The position numbers and the translations under genes were made by a program. A DNA stretch of 33,598 nt from Perkinsus olseni (taxonomy: Eukaryota). Shown in pieces: positions 12,137 to 22,859 of the stretch. The notes under the pieces are model-generated. The model had not been told where the DNA came from. It did no database searches and saw only the letters and a list, made by a program, of their open reading frames with translations. Each line of letters begins with the position of its first letter. The stretch's first letter is position 1. Location of the stretch: positions 62,001 to 95,598 of the forward strand of contig JABANN010000053.1 of assembly GCA_013115125.1 (NCBI GenBank), written 5' to 3'.

Positions 12137-13324
12137 TATCACGCAAAGTAGAGTCCTCACTGGGGACAGTAAGAAACACTAGAGACTACTGTAGAGAGGA
12201 GGTAGTTCATGTGTCATATGGGCCGTATGGTATCCCTTTTTCGTCACTCCTTTCTTCATGGCCATGTGACTATTATCTTATCCCCAAGTTCTGATTTTTC
12301 GGTGTCCTTCGCGACGCCGTGACGCCCTTAGTTTTGCGAAGACTCAGATCGTTATCAGAGGCTCGTTAGCGGAAACCGCTTGCGTGACTTAAGAATGGCG
12401 AATATCAACAACGAGACAAATAGGGTTATTTGGCTCATTATTTTCATTCGTCCATGATTACGCCGCTCATTATTCTTCTGTCAATGGATTCTCCCCCGAC
12501 TCATTGAAGGATAGAGTCCCCCTCTCGTCTGATTAAACCAGTGCGGCACCGGCGGTGCCCAGCGGTACATCTCGTCATGATGGAGTTGTGTTGCAACCAG
12601 CTCGGTGGTGCAGGAAATCGGGGTTACTTTAATGCGTGTCGTGCAAACATTTTCAAGAGCGCACTTTTCGTGTACCACGTAGAATTCGTGTGTCCCATCT
12701 CGTACAGTAGAGATTCGGTTAGTGTCACTAACCGAAGTGATCATCACTAACTTAGTGATGATCACCTCGGGCAAGAGACGGGAGTGTTTCACACGTGCCT
12801 GCGCTTAGACAAAACCTATCCGCTAAGCGGGTTCCGCTTGGGTAACACGCCTTACGATTTTGAGTGCCATCCCCGCCTTCCACCGCCACATACACCATCA
12901 ATCCAATCGTTTCTCATCACGACTACCTCGACAAGCGGTTTTCCTATCAGTAGTCCGCATCTACCCTATCAGCTGGGATGGAACTCGATAACTGACTCAC
13001 CCATCGACATTCTTCTGACCTTCGGGAGTGCATCCGAGACAGTGAATTCCTCGAGCGTGAGGCTTGCCGCTGACCCGCGCCCTCCGTCGCTGTCGTCTTC
13101 ATCTCGGTGTAGGCAAAGGAACGAACCTAGGCGGAACGGCAAGCATCCAAAGAGAAAGGAAAATTCCCGTAGAAGGCAACTGTCCAAAGTATTTTCACAA
13201 CTTATCTCGGCGTCCGCTCTTTACAGCTACGCACATGCGTACTGCTCTAATAACGAGGTCCGCAGTGGAACTAACTTTGTCATGGCGTCACGATGGACGG
13301 CGAGAAACTGAAAGTTGAGGCACC

Positions 13325-13440
13325 ATCCTGTTTCCTGCTGGAGGACCACACCATTAGTCAGCTGACTGATAGTCAGGCATCCGAGGAGGTAAGTAGAGAG
13401 CTTCATCATGGGCATTGAAGGATATCCGAAAGACTAACCA
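13325..13440 (-). pseudogene. Inverted fragment (5' flank plus most of exon 1) of the Cys-rich family
   Basis: Reverse complement reads tggttagtctttcggatatccttcaATGCCCATGATGAAGCTCTCT...CAGGAAACAGGAT, near-identical to copies 1-3. Homology stops before the intron 1 donor and no downstream exons are seen. Confidence 0.85.
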
Positions 13441-13801
13441 ATGATCAGTAACCACGGACGATCGCCCCGTAACTAAGGAATTGCTACGCGTTAACAAATA
13501 CCGCCCGACCTGCAAACATCAATGGAACAAGCACTTAGTTCGGCCATTATTTTCAATCGTCCAAGGCTATGCGGTTTCTCGTTCACAACGCGCCAAAAGA
13601 CAACAAGGCTTCGCACAACGCAACGACAGTCTGCGTGATGTCGCTCGTGAAATTTGGTCTGAGGTTTCAGAACACCCTCGAGAGTTACTAAACTTCCAAT
13701 GGGGGGGTTCTTCATGGTCGTAGTTACTCGTAAGCGATTCACGGTCCTGTAGACCATCCTCCCGAGCGGCTAGTGCTTTGAATAGCAGTTAACATCATCG
13801 T

Positions 13802-16800
13802 ATGACGACGACAGGAGGCACCGAGGCAGCGTCTGTTAAAAGCTCAGCAACAGCAGCAGCGGCAGTCGGGGCTAGCACATCTCAGGCCTTGCGGAAGAAG
13901 GTAGTCATCGGGGTATTGCTGGCTATACGCGAGTAGAACACGCTTGTGGGAGGACCCTTCACGGTGAATTGCCGGCTATTCCAGCTCTCCGGCCTTTCTC
14001 CTAGGATTGAGTCGGGTGTGGGATGGAGCTGAGTATGCCCGGTATGATGGAGATCCAGTATGAAATAATACTGCGGTGATACCGCATGGTACTGGATGCT
14101 TCGATTTCGGCACGTGTTCAGAACTGACCAGCATTCTTTCACGGCCCGCTAGGTAGATGGTGCTAAATGAAATAGGGTGTTGTCGCACGTGCCGCAGCGC
14201 TCCGTGTGAGAGAAACTGGCTGCCGTCAAGGAGTAGATCTTGCGCAACATACGACCGGTCTGGTCGGACCATTCGTGGCTACTTACGAGAAAATTCGGGA
14301 CGAAGTGGTCGCTCTCTGCCACTCAGGTACAGAAAGTGCTGTCTCTGCGGTTCGAACCCAGCTCCTCTCTAGCGGCCTTACAGACGCTGTCATCATTCTA
14401 TGGGGAGGGTAACAGTGTGGATCAACGAAGGAACCTCAGGTCGGGCGAGCTAGAGTAGTGGGAGAGCTATCAACGATACAGGTACATGATTGAGAATGAG
14501 AATCTCAAGTTGAGCAAGGAGTTCGTCGAGGATTTCTCTAATGTCGAATCGGCTATTGAGGATATGTAGTAGTGCTTGGGTGTTCATGAGACAGTTCTGG
14601 AATGGCTTTGAAGCAGGTTCAAGCGGATAGCCGATCTGGAGAGCCTCCTAGATACGGCATCATCGCAGTTGCAAGATTCACGAGACAACACGCATGAGGT
14701 GGCACTGGTTGAGGCTGGAGGCGTGGTAGTGTGTCTGGGACAGGTGCTGGCGAGAGCTCGGAAACTCAACTTGCATAAGAAACATACGACAGAGAAGAAG
14801 GAGGTGGGGCGGCGATGCACAGTAGAATTCAGAGTACTTAGTTCATGGTAAGGTGCTTGACTTGTTCTCTTCGCGGTTCATATTATCACCCGAGGATGAA
14901 ACCAGAATTAGAAACTCGGACACTCCAATAGATGATGACTTTTTTAGAAGCCTCAAACAGCTTCATCGGGTGAGCTCGGGAACTTTGGCGGAGGATGTTG
15001 CACCATGTGAACGGGTGGTCAGGTAAGGTTGGAGGCCCGACGGATGCTGGATGAGCTCCACGACAGTAGCGGCAGCACAGCGGATGAGGGCGGCGGCGTT
15101 CCATCGACTCCTTCCTCTACGTCTGATGGGGTAGGGAGGGATCTCCGCATCGTTGTTGAGGGATTGATGCAGGCGAACTCCTCCCACGACGAGTTGAAGG
15201 GAGGCTCTCATTATGACGCCGCGCTTGCAGTTGACATCTTGCATCAGACATCCGATCTACAAGAGATTGCCTACGAGCGTATCTTTGTGTGGATACAAGT
15301 AGAGTTGCTGAACTCCATTCCCGCATTGACGTAGTCTTTTAGCGGCAATGCAAGGAGCTTGTCAGCGTAGCGAGCGATCACGAGGCCGAGGAGGAGGTCT
15401 CTATGCGAATAAAGAAGGGACTTCATGTCATCCGCCACAGAATAGTTTACTTCAATCACTCAGCAAAGGTGAAGTCGTGAGCGCGGTGAAAGCAGGCCAC
15501 TTCGCGGTTCAGGAGATCTCTCGTGTACGGCGGCAACTGCTGTTGCAGAGGTTCCACGAGACTCTGGTGAAGGGGGGACCCGCAAGCCGCCCCATAGACA
15601 TCCACGCTTATGATATCGTTAGGTGAGGGTGTTGTGGTAAACCGAAGCGTCGCTCCGGAAGCGACATGCCTTTGTCAGATACACGAATGATATGCTTGCG
15701 TGGATACACGAGCAAGTTGCTGCTGAACGAGAATTTTTCATTCAGACATTTGCAGATGATGATGAGGGGGCTGGAGGGAGTGGGCCCGCTGGGACCTCTG
15801 ACAACACTTCAGGAGAGAGTGAGTCGTACCGCCTTGAAGATCATTTCCGCGGTTTTGTATGATGCGGACGCCGTGACCATCTTTTGACCATAGAGGTGAT
15901 CACCGCTGCTTTTGTTTCAGAGGCCATGACGTGGTGGGAAGGCCTTGGAATTGCCCTCAGCGGAGTAGCAGAGCATCTACGGCATAAAGTAGAGGTCGCT
16001 GTGTAAGCATTGATCTAACCCGTACATTGCTACCTGGCTTCGTTCTCAGGTCAGGCGGTTACGCGAACCTACCTCGGACAGCTTCCAGTTTGACTGCCGA
16101 TGACAGCAGTTTCGCGGCGAATGCGAAGTCGTCGGGTAAAGACGGCAGAAGTAGAACGCGAAGCAGCTCCATCTGGGAGGACACCATCGGCCACGGCCCT
16201 GGACCTGTTGAGCTTTTCAAGGTGGGTCCCTGCTCATCGTCCTTGGCACATTTTCGCCCGCCTAGGTGTCCAAGCTGTTCTCCTTCTTCGAGACGACATT
16301 GCACCCATTAGTCCTCCCTTCCGATGCCACAGATGATGATGTGGCGGCAGAAGTAAACTTCAAACGCTTGAGAACTGTCGGGAACAGTTTCTCTACTTCC
16401 AGCCTTTGTTGACCACATTGTCGGATCTGGAGACGCAGACTCATCGAAGGTTCCTGGATGCGTGGGAAGCACAGGCCCAGGCTATTCGTTCCACCAGCAC
16501 GTAAGCTCGGGGCTCCGCGAACTAAATGGTCCTCATGGCCGCAACGGCCGATCCCCAGGTATCTACTATCTGCTTCGTCGAGTTTACATGACCTGTCTCC
16601 CCCTCCTTTCGTGGAAAATACGGTCCACTCGCTCGAGGAGGTACAAAACCGCGTCGTCTCGACTCGTCGAGTTACTATCGGCTGTGTGGTCTAGCGGTAT
16701 GATTCTCGCTTTGGGTGCGAGAGGTCCCGAGTTCGATTCTCGGCTCAGCCCTATTGTTTTTTCCTGTTCCCTCCTGAATTCTGTGTACAACCTTCAATAG

Positions 16801-17748
16801 TTTATGTAATTTGGCCCTATGATACGCGCGGACACTAGGATAATGATGATTCGTGTAATTACTCAGATTCTCAGTATCTTCCAAGAGAGCCACACCATGC
16901 TGTCCGGTGTGAAATGCGAAGACACCCAAACCGAGGATGAGCAGGCCCAGGCGGAACTCTTTCCGGTATTGTCGCCGTAGCACGGGGCCTGCCATCGACT
17001 TGCGCGTGCCGCACCATCCATCGCTCTTCGGAGATCAGATACTCGCTGGCGCACTTGACCCGTTGCTCCAATTCTGCCAGCAAATTTCAACAGCGATGGC
17101 CAAAGGGGATGCCCCAGTTTTCATGCTCAATTGCCTCGTGGCCATGCAAACGCCGCTACTTCGATTCCCTTTCACAGTAGGACCAAGCCATCCCGACTTT
17201 TGCAGTTCGCCATGCGCCCTCAGCTGTCGTGTCTCCTTCAGTCCCAGCGTGTAACTATGTTGCATTCCCTAATTGAAGATCAAATGAACAGCCTCATCAG
17301 AGAACATTCCGAGGTGGGGTCTGTCAGCGTTGAATTGATCTCCTGCTCGCAGTCTACCCAATGTCATGACGCCCTCTCCTTTCATCTCAGTCCACGTTGA
17401 GGCAACTGGGATTGGCGGAGATACTGGGGCAGCTAGCTCGAGGAGAGGACGTGGATCCTATGACGTTATCAGCGTGTTTTAGAGGCTTCTATACAGCACT
17501 CTTCAACATCAGTAAATGCGTCCACGACTGAGCAAGACCACGGTTGCGCCGCTCACTCAGGTGGAACATTATCAATCCCCGTCATCGATCGCCTCAGTGA
17601 TCGCTCCCTCCGCTCCCAGGCGAGGCAGGGCGTTGGCCTGCAGATAGCTGATGCTTATGAGAAGATTTACAACTATGCCACTGAACACTTCCCTGACATC
17701 CACGCCAGTCATACTCCCGAGAGTGTTCGAGCATTGCTTGATGTATAA
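13802..17748 (+). CDS. COG6: Conserved oligomeric Golgi complex subunit 6 (multi-exon; 5' exons approximate)
   Basis: Spliced segments ALRKK, ALQTLSSFYGEGNSVDQRRNLR, YERIFVWIQ, GGPASRPIDIHAYDIVR, YTNDMLAWIHE, DLSPPPF, ALDPLL, FMLNCL and C-terminal HTPESVRALLDV* match COG6 motifs. Confidence 0.88.
16680..16751 (+). tRNA. tRNA-Pro (TGG), nested in COG6 intron 16641-16866
   Basis: GGCTGTG...TGGTCTAGCGGTATGATT CTCGC TT TGG GT GCGAG AGGTC CCGAG TTCGATT CTCGG CTCAGCC C. Full cloverleaf with one U-U pair in the acceptor stem, followed by a T6 terminator at 16757-16762. Confidence 0.95.
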
Positions 17749-17964
17749 CACTTAATAGGTTTCACATAACCTTACTGTTGCGCGTTCCGCAGTGTGCGTC
17801 ACCAGGCATATCACGACATCAGGGTTGAAAGCGCTCGGCATCTCGATCGTGTAAACGCAATCAGCGATGGATGACAAGCCCAAATGTGCAGGCATATCGG
17901 CCATCAGTTTGTAGATGAGTAGCTTATGAAGGAAGGAAGGACCCACAAGAGACTCCATCGGTCC

Positions 17965-18145
17965 AGGTACAATACTGTTTACACGGTATATATTGAAGAC
18001 CATATAATATGGCAGCAACGATCGTACAGGTGATACCAACTCCAAAATCTACCATTTATTTAACCGCGAATCACGGTTTGAGAGGCCAGAAACAAAAACG
18101 AAGAAAGTAACAATTTGTTAGTAACAAACGCTGCAGCCTCGTGCT
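17965..18145 (-). pseudogene. Truncated duplicate of the TMEM144 5' end
   Basis: ATG at 18055 gives MVDFGVGITCTIVAAILYGLQYIPCKQYCT, then diverges to an early stop. The 5' flank matches 8183-8263. Confidence 0.88.
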
Positions 18146-18370
18146 CCAACGTGCTATTTAGTTCGCTCGAACCCATCGGGATGATTCTATGCATAACATC
18201 AGGGTCCCATGTTGGATTTACGGAGACGGCTCCACCCAGGTCCGATGCACCGCTCGAACCCCTCCTCGCCAAAACAGCCTTGGGCTTCTCGCCGAGGCCG
18301 ACTATTTGCCTCTACGTGCTCGGAACACACGGTGCGCTGTTCATTCTCGACGATGAGACAGAGGCTTGAG

Positions 18371-18838
18371 CAATCCATGAACAATGAGATACATAGTTGA
18401 GAATACACCTTACCAGCTTCTCAAACGCTGGTCCAATACCTTTGGTCCAGCGAAGGGTTCTCCGCCGATTCTACGGAGCATATCGAATCATTCATCAGGG
18501 ATATTGGGGTTCGGTTGTCGGCGCCACCCGCACGGTGACGCCATCCCGGGCTGCTGTCTTATCCACCTCAGCGAAGTTTCCATCCAAACCGCGGCTCACA
18601 GTGTACTCGGCTCAGTTGGAGGGTTGGGCATCACGAGGTAGCAGTTGGCTCGCTGGTCACAGATCTTCGGCAGCTGCATGAGAAGTAATGCCGCTGCATT
18701 ATACCGTTGACTGATGCCTTCGTGTCGGCGTTCGCCTCTCAGCTATGCGCATGCGTATAACCCGGCCCCGCTTTCGCGTCACGGAGGTGAGGAAGAAGGG
18801 AACCGTATCGGATCCACTGTCGATGGTTAGTCTTTAGG
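18371..18838 (+). repeat. Duplicated upstream block of Cys-rich copy 3 (paralogous to 10848-11345)
   Basis: Direct by-eye alignment to 10848-11345. Confidence 0.9.
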
Positions 18839-18848
18839 ATATCCTCTA

Positions 18849-19474
18849 ATGCCCATGATGAAGCTCTCTACTTACCTCCTCGGATGCCTGACTATCAGAC
18901 AGCTCACTAATGGTGTGGTCCTCCAGCAGGAAACAGGATCGTCGTAAGTCCGATGCCACATTATCAGCCGAGAAGCTGTCACAACCTTTTCAGAGGCTTC
19001 TTTGGTACCCAACGTGACTTAGATCAAGGCAATGAAGTTTTCAGTGAATATGATATGATGTCCGGGATCGTGTACCCCCATGACCAGCCGTATGGGCCGG
19101 TCCTCCCCGATCGTACTTGCCCTACGATCCATGGTGTCAAGCAGTATCCCGTGATCCATCCGACGGTGAGCGAGGCCTCTTCTCTGTTCGACTGCTGTGA
19201 GTCCCCTGATGACTGGGTCCCTCGATTCAGGATACCGAGGTCAGGGTGTGTATGCCCTTTTCCCCCTGTCCGGCTGCTCCTGCCAAGGGCAATGTCACGC
19301 TCGACGGGTCGCTGTGTCTCATACTGTGTGGCAAGGTGCGTTGCTTTCTACCGAGTTAGCCCCTCTAGACTTATTTCACCCAATGCTCTTCAGGATGCAG
19401 ATTGCCAACCAGGAGCCTTCTGTTACTTCACCGGCGTGGCCCACGTGTGCGCGTTCAACTACACTGTCGGATAA
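18849..19474 (+). CDS. Secreted Cys-rich protein, family copy 3 (4 exons)
   Basis: Exons 18849-18943, 18994-19165, 19231-19335, 19394-19474; ...YGPVLPDRTCPTIHGVKQYP...CMPFSPCPAAPAKGNVTLDGSLCLILCGK/DADCQPGAFCYFTGVAHVCAFNYTVG*. Confidence 0.85.
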
Positions 19475-20384
19475 GAACACCCCTCATACCTGGGGGGTGG
19501 AACACCCCTAGGGAACACCCCTCATCTCCGTGTACGCCCGTAATTCTGCCGACAGACGTGCGCTTTGTCGTCATCCCATGTGGTGCCTTCCTACAGGAAG
19601 TGTTACAGACTAGGGTCGTTGACACGTGGTGTGAGCGAAAGATCCACTAAGAGGTGATTGGTGACACACCGTCGTTTAGTCCCGTTTAACATTATCTTTT
19701 TCATTTCTTCATATCCCGCGCATCATCTTCGGACGTGGATTCTCCATGTCGGTCTGGACGATTTTCCTTTTTCCGATTTTCGTTCGCAATTTTCGGTAAA
19801 GAGTTGTGTTGCACCTAGTAAGTTGCAATTCCTAGCCATCACAGTGAACAGTTGAACGCAGTCGTCTCCTTCCGCCGACTCAGCAACGAACCACTTCACC
19901 TTCCTGCGTTTCTCAATTCGACACCGAGCTGCTGGCTCATCAATGCTTCCCTACATCGAATGGCAAACCCTATATGCAATCGGTATACCGTTCTCCAGGG
20001 CTGAACGGGTATGCGTCGCGGTGGTCTTGACAGTGTCGAGGCGACACCATCACATTAACCCTCTTCGCACGGTACGTAATCTCACAAGCGCAAGGCGAAA
20101 TCGCCTTGCAATCGATGGGGGAGATTCGTCCCCCACCCGAGAATCCTTGTAATCGATCATGCAAGTCAAGAAAATGGAGAGAAAGGGGCTCTCTCGAGCC
20201 ATCTTGTGGGTCGCTTATCCCCTTTCCAAGTGGATCCGAGAAGAAGCTTCCCGCTTACTGCCATTCAGGGCTTTGAAGCCGTGGATGGATACTCGGGAAC
20301 ACAACCATGCAAGAGTAATGAGAAATGAAACTGTAGCTAAATGGTACGATTATAACGACAAGTATCACATAAAGAAGGATGAGG

Positions 20385-21362
20385 TCAAATAGGATCATCA
20401 AGGACCGAGTTGGAAGCACGTCGACTGATATGCATAGGAGCTTGTTGATACACTTTCACTGCTGGCCGACCCTTACCATCCAACGAACCAAGTTCAACCT
20501 CGGATACGGGCTCGTAACGACTCGATGCACGGTATAGTACGAAATGCTGGACAAGGATGGCAAGCCCGTAGAGAGAGCTCGCCGTTCCTATCAGCATTTT
20601 AGGCAAGTTACCGGTGACGATGTGTATATCGTTATGGTAGACCGCATCCAGTATGTTCTGAAGACCACTGAAGAGCGCACCGCCGATGTCCATCATCGGT
20701 ACTTGGATTGCTAGGCCTGCCGTAGACTTTCGACGATGGTTCATGATGATCTGCGGTATGTATTTAACAAAGGTAATTATAACCTTGATGGTACCCAGGA
20801 ACTGAATAGGTGTGATAAATGCCGCTGAGCTTTCGTCATTGGCACTCAATAGGGCATCCCAGGGTATCAATCGAAGCCAAGCCAAGAAGGATAAGTATAA
20901 AAACACAGCGCATGCACAGACAACAAATATCCAAGTCCACTTCGATATCTTTTGGCCGCCTCTTTCATAGTAGTAAATCTGCAGGCCTATGAGGATGTTA
21001 CAAATCAGCCCATGGACAGAAAACACAACGTCATGAGCCTTCACAGCCCTCGGCAGGTCGAAGACTTTCTGAACGTGAGCCCGGAAGCAATTGTACACAG
21101 CGTAGCCGAGGAAGCCGGAGAGATTGTACAGCCACAAGTCCAGAGAGAATCCTTGCACAGATTTACGCTTGAAATTGAGGTATAGTTGGGGATAGTACAT
21201 AGCTGACCAGCAGAAAAGGTAGGCCACACCGCAGCACTGTGACAAGACTGGCAACGTTAACCATGGACCGAGAAGGGAGGGGTCAGCAAGGGTACTCGGT
21301 GATGGCGACTCTACGATTTTATCGTCAACTGTTGCAGTAGTGTCATTACCACTGCTGGACAT
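20385..21362 (-). CDS. CTNS: Cystinosin-like PQ-loop lysosomal cystine transporter (intronless)
   Basis: Two PQ-loop motifs (WSAMYYPQLYLNFKRKSVQGFSLD; KYIPQIIMNHRRKSTAG), HDVVFSVHG, ILVQHFVLY and a C-terminal YEPV (YxxPhi) motif. First ATG at 21362. Confidence 0.92.
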   Translation of the reverse strand: MSSSGNDTTATVDDKIVESPSPSTLADPSLLGPWLTLPVLSQCCGVAYLFCWSAMYYPQLYLNFKRKSVQGFSLDLWLYNLSGFLGYAVYNCFRAHVQKVFDLPRAVKAHDVVFSVHGLICNILIGLQIYYYERGGQKISKWTWIFVVCACAVFLYLSFLAWLRLIPWDALLSANDESSAAFITPIQFLGTIKVIITFVKYIPQIIMNHRRKSTAGLAIQVPMMDIGGALFSGLQNILDAVYHNDIHIVTGNLPKMLIGTASSLYGLAILVQHFVLYRASSRYEPVSEVELGSLDGKGRPAVKVYQQAPMHISRRASNSVLDDPI

Positions 21363-22356
21363 TAGCACCAATAACACTGAAAGATTGGACGATGTTCTGG
21401 AGTTAACCCTCGCTGTTTTTGTTAAGAAAAAAAACTAAATTATTTTCGAGAAAGGCCCGATCACCAAGTGCGTCACTCGTGACGAATCGACCTCACCGAG
21501 GAGTTTTCACTGCTTAGTAAGTTCACTCCCGAAACCTAGTGTTACGGATACATCTAAACCATTTACCGGCCAAAGAGAATCTTTTCTCGGTCGGTTTGAA
21601 CGATGTTGATTCACGGGAATTGAAGAATTTGCAAACTGAATTCGCTTTGCTACCGAGTTTGAATTTATTCGACACGGGCCATCCCATTTCAATCGATTTC
21701 GGATAGCATGAAAAGTGAGATGCAATATGCGTGACACGGGGTTGAACTTGCAAAAGTATTTAAACTTTTACAACAGAATTCCGTTCTCCGTGCTCTGTCA
21801 ACTCAACCGAAAGAATATTTTATCTGACCGGGGAATGGTGTAGAGCATACGACGAGGGTTTGATGAGGGTGCAAGAAAGCAAGCAACTTACCAAACGACG
21901 ATTATTCAGTTGTTGGACGCAGTCGGTGAGATGGCGATCTATTTGAAAGCCGCAGATGGGACAGTAGTCAACGCTGGTACATCAAAAGCCTCAGCAATCT
22001 ACATCATGATGAGAATTAATGCCCACAACAACATCATACATGGGTCGCAGACCGCGGAGGTAACAATACAAAATGTAAAACATGTCACGAAATTCTGGCG
22101 GAGCGATGCATTGGGGTGTGCGTGCCCACTGCTGACTCAGCGGGAAAAACCATATTTCTAAAGAAAGTTGCCATTTTCTAAAGAAGTTTCTCGCTCGCCC
22201 GGGAGAGGATTGGGATTACGCTTTTGACTCTCGGATAACCTATGACCTATAACCCTAGGCCTTCGGGTTTGAGGTGATGGTCGCCCGAAGGGCGACCTGA
22301 GTCGGGTCTCGGGTTGACGGGGGTTACGGTCAGTACTCCACTAGGTCTTTTTCTCT

Positions 22357-22429
22357 TTAGTTTTTCTCCTTCTTTAGATTTTCGCCCTCTTGCTTAGATT
22401 TTCGCCCTTTCGCTTAGATTTTCACCGTC
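22357..22429 (+). repeat. Short 20-bp minisatellite (ttagattttcgccct...), about 3.5 units
   Basis: Units at 22374, 22394 and 22414, with a degenerate unit at 22357. Confidence 0.8.
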
Positions 22430-22859
22430 TACCTGACTCAGCAGTGCTGAGCGAAAACGGTAAAGTACGTGGCTCCGGCGAAAGAGGTTACTGGGCAAGT
22501 GACGATGGTAGTGCTGGTATCGTGCTGCTGCTGCTGCTGCTCTCCCGGGAATCGTGTGAAACGCTGCGGTGGGGGTTCCGAGAGGCCTTGAACCGAACAC
22601 TAAGTCGCCCTCATCCCTCAACTGGCAGACCTTTCAAAATGAAGTCAGGGTGAGGAGGAAGTACAGTGCCTTAAGTACACCGAAAAAGTGAAAAAGCCTA
22701 CAAGAAAAGCGACCCGTGAAATTAAGTCTATTCCTCTTTTTCGGTGGAGTGGGCTGCGTCCGCCGTGAGCCACGGCAACCCACAACCTGGGGTTTTCATA
22801 TTGGTGGTGTGTCCGGAATGGCCACAATCGTTGATGGTCAGGGTTCACTTCGTGCTTCA

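Noticed and set aside
20197-20206. AGCCATCTTG as a Perkinsus-type spliced-leader relic
   Set aside because: Only 10 nt match, it lacks the GCTCAAG 3' end, and it is not upstream of a gene on that strand.
22357-22429. CRISPR-like array
   Set aside because: Direct tandem units without unique spacers, in a eukaryotic context with no cas genes.
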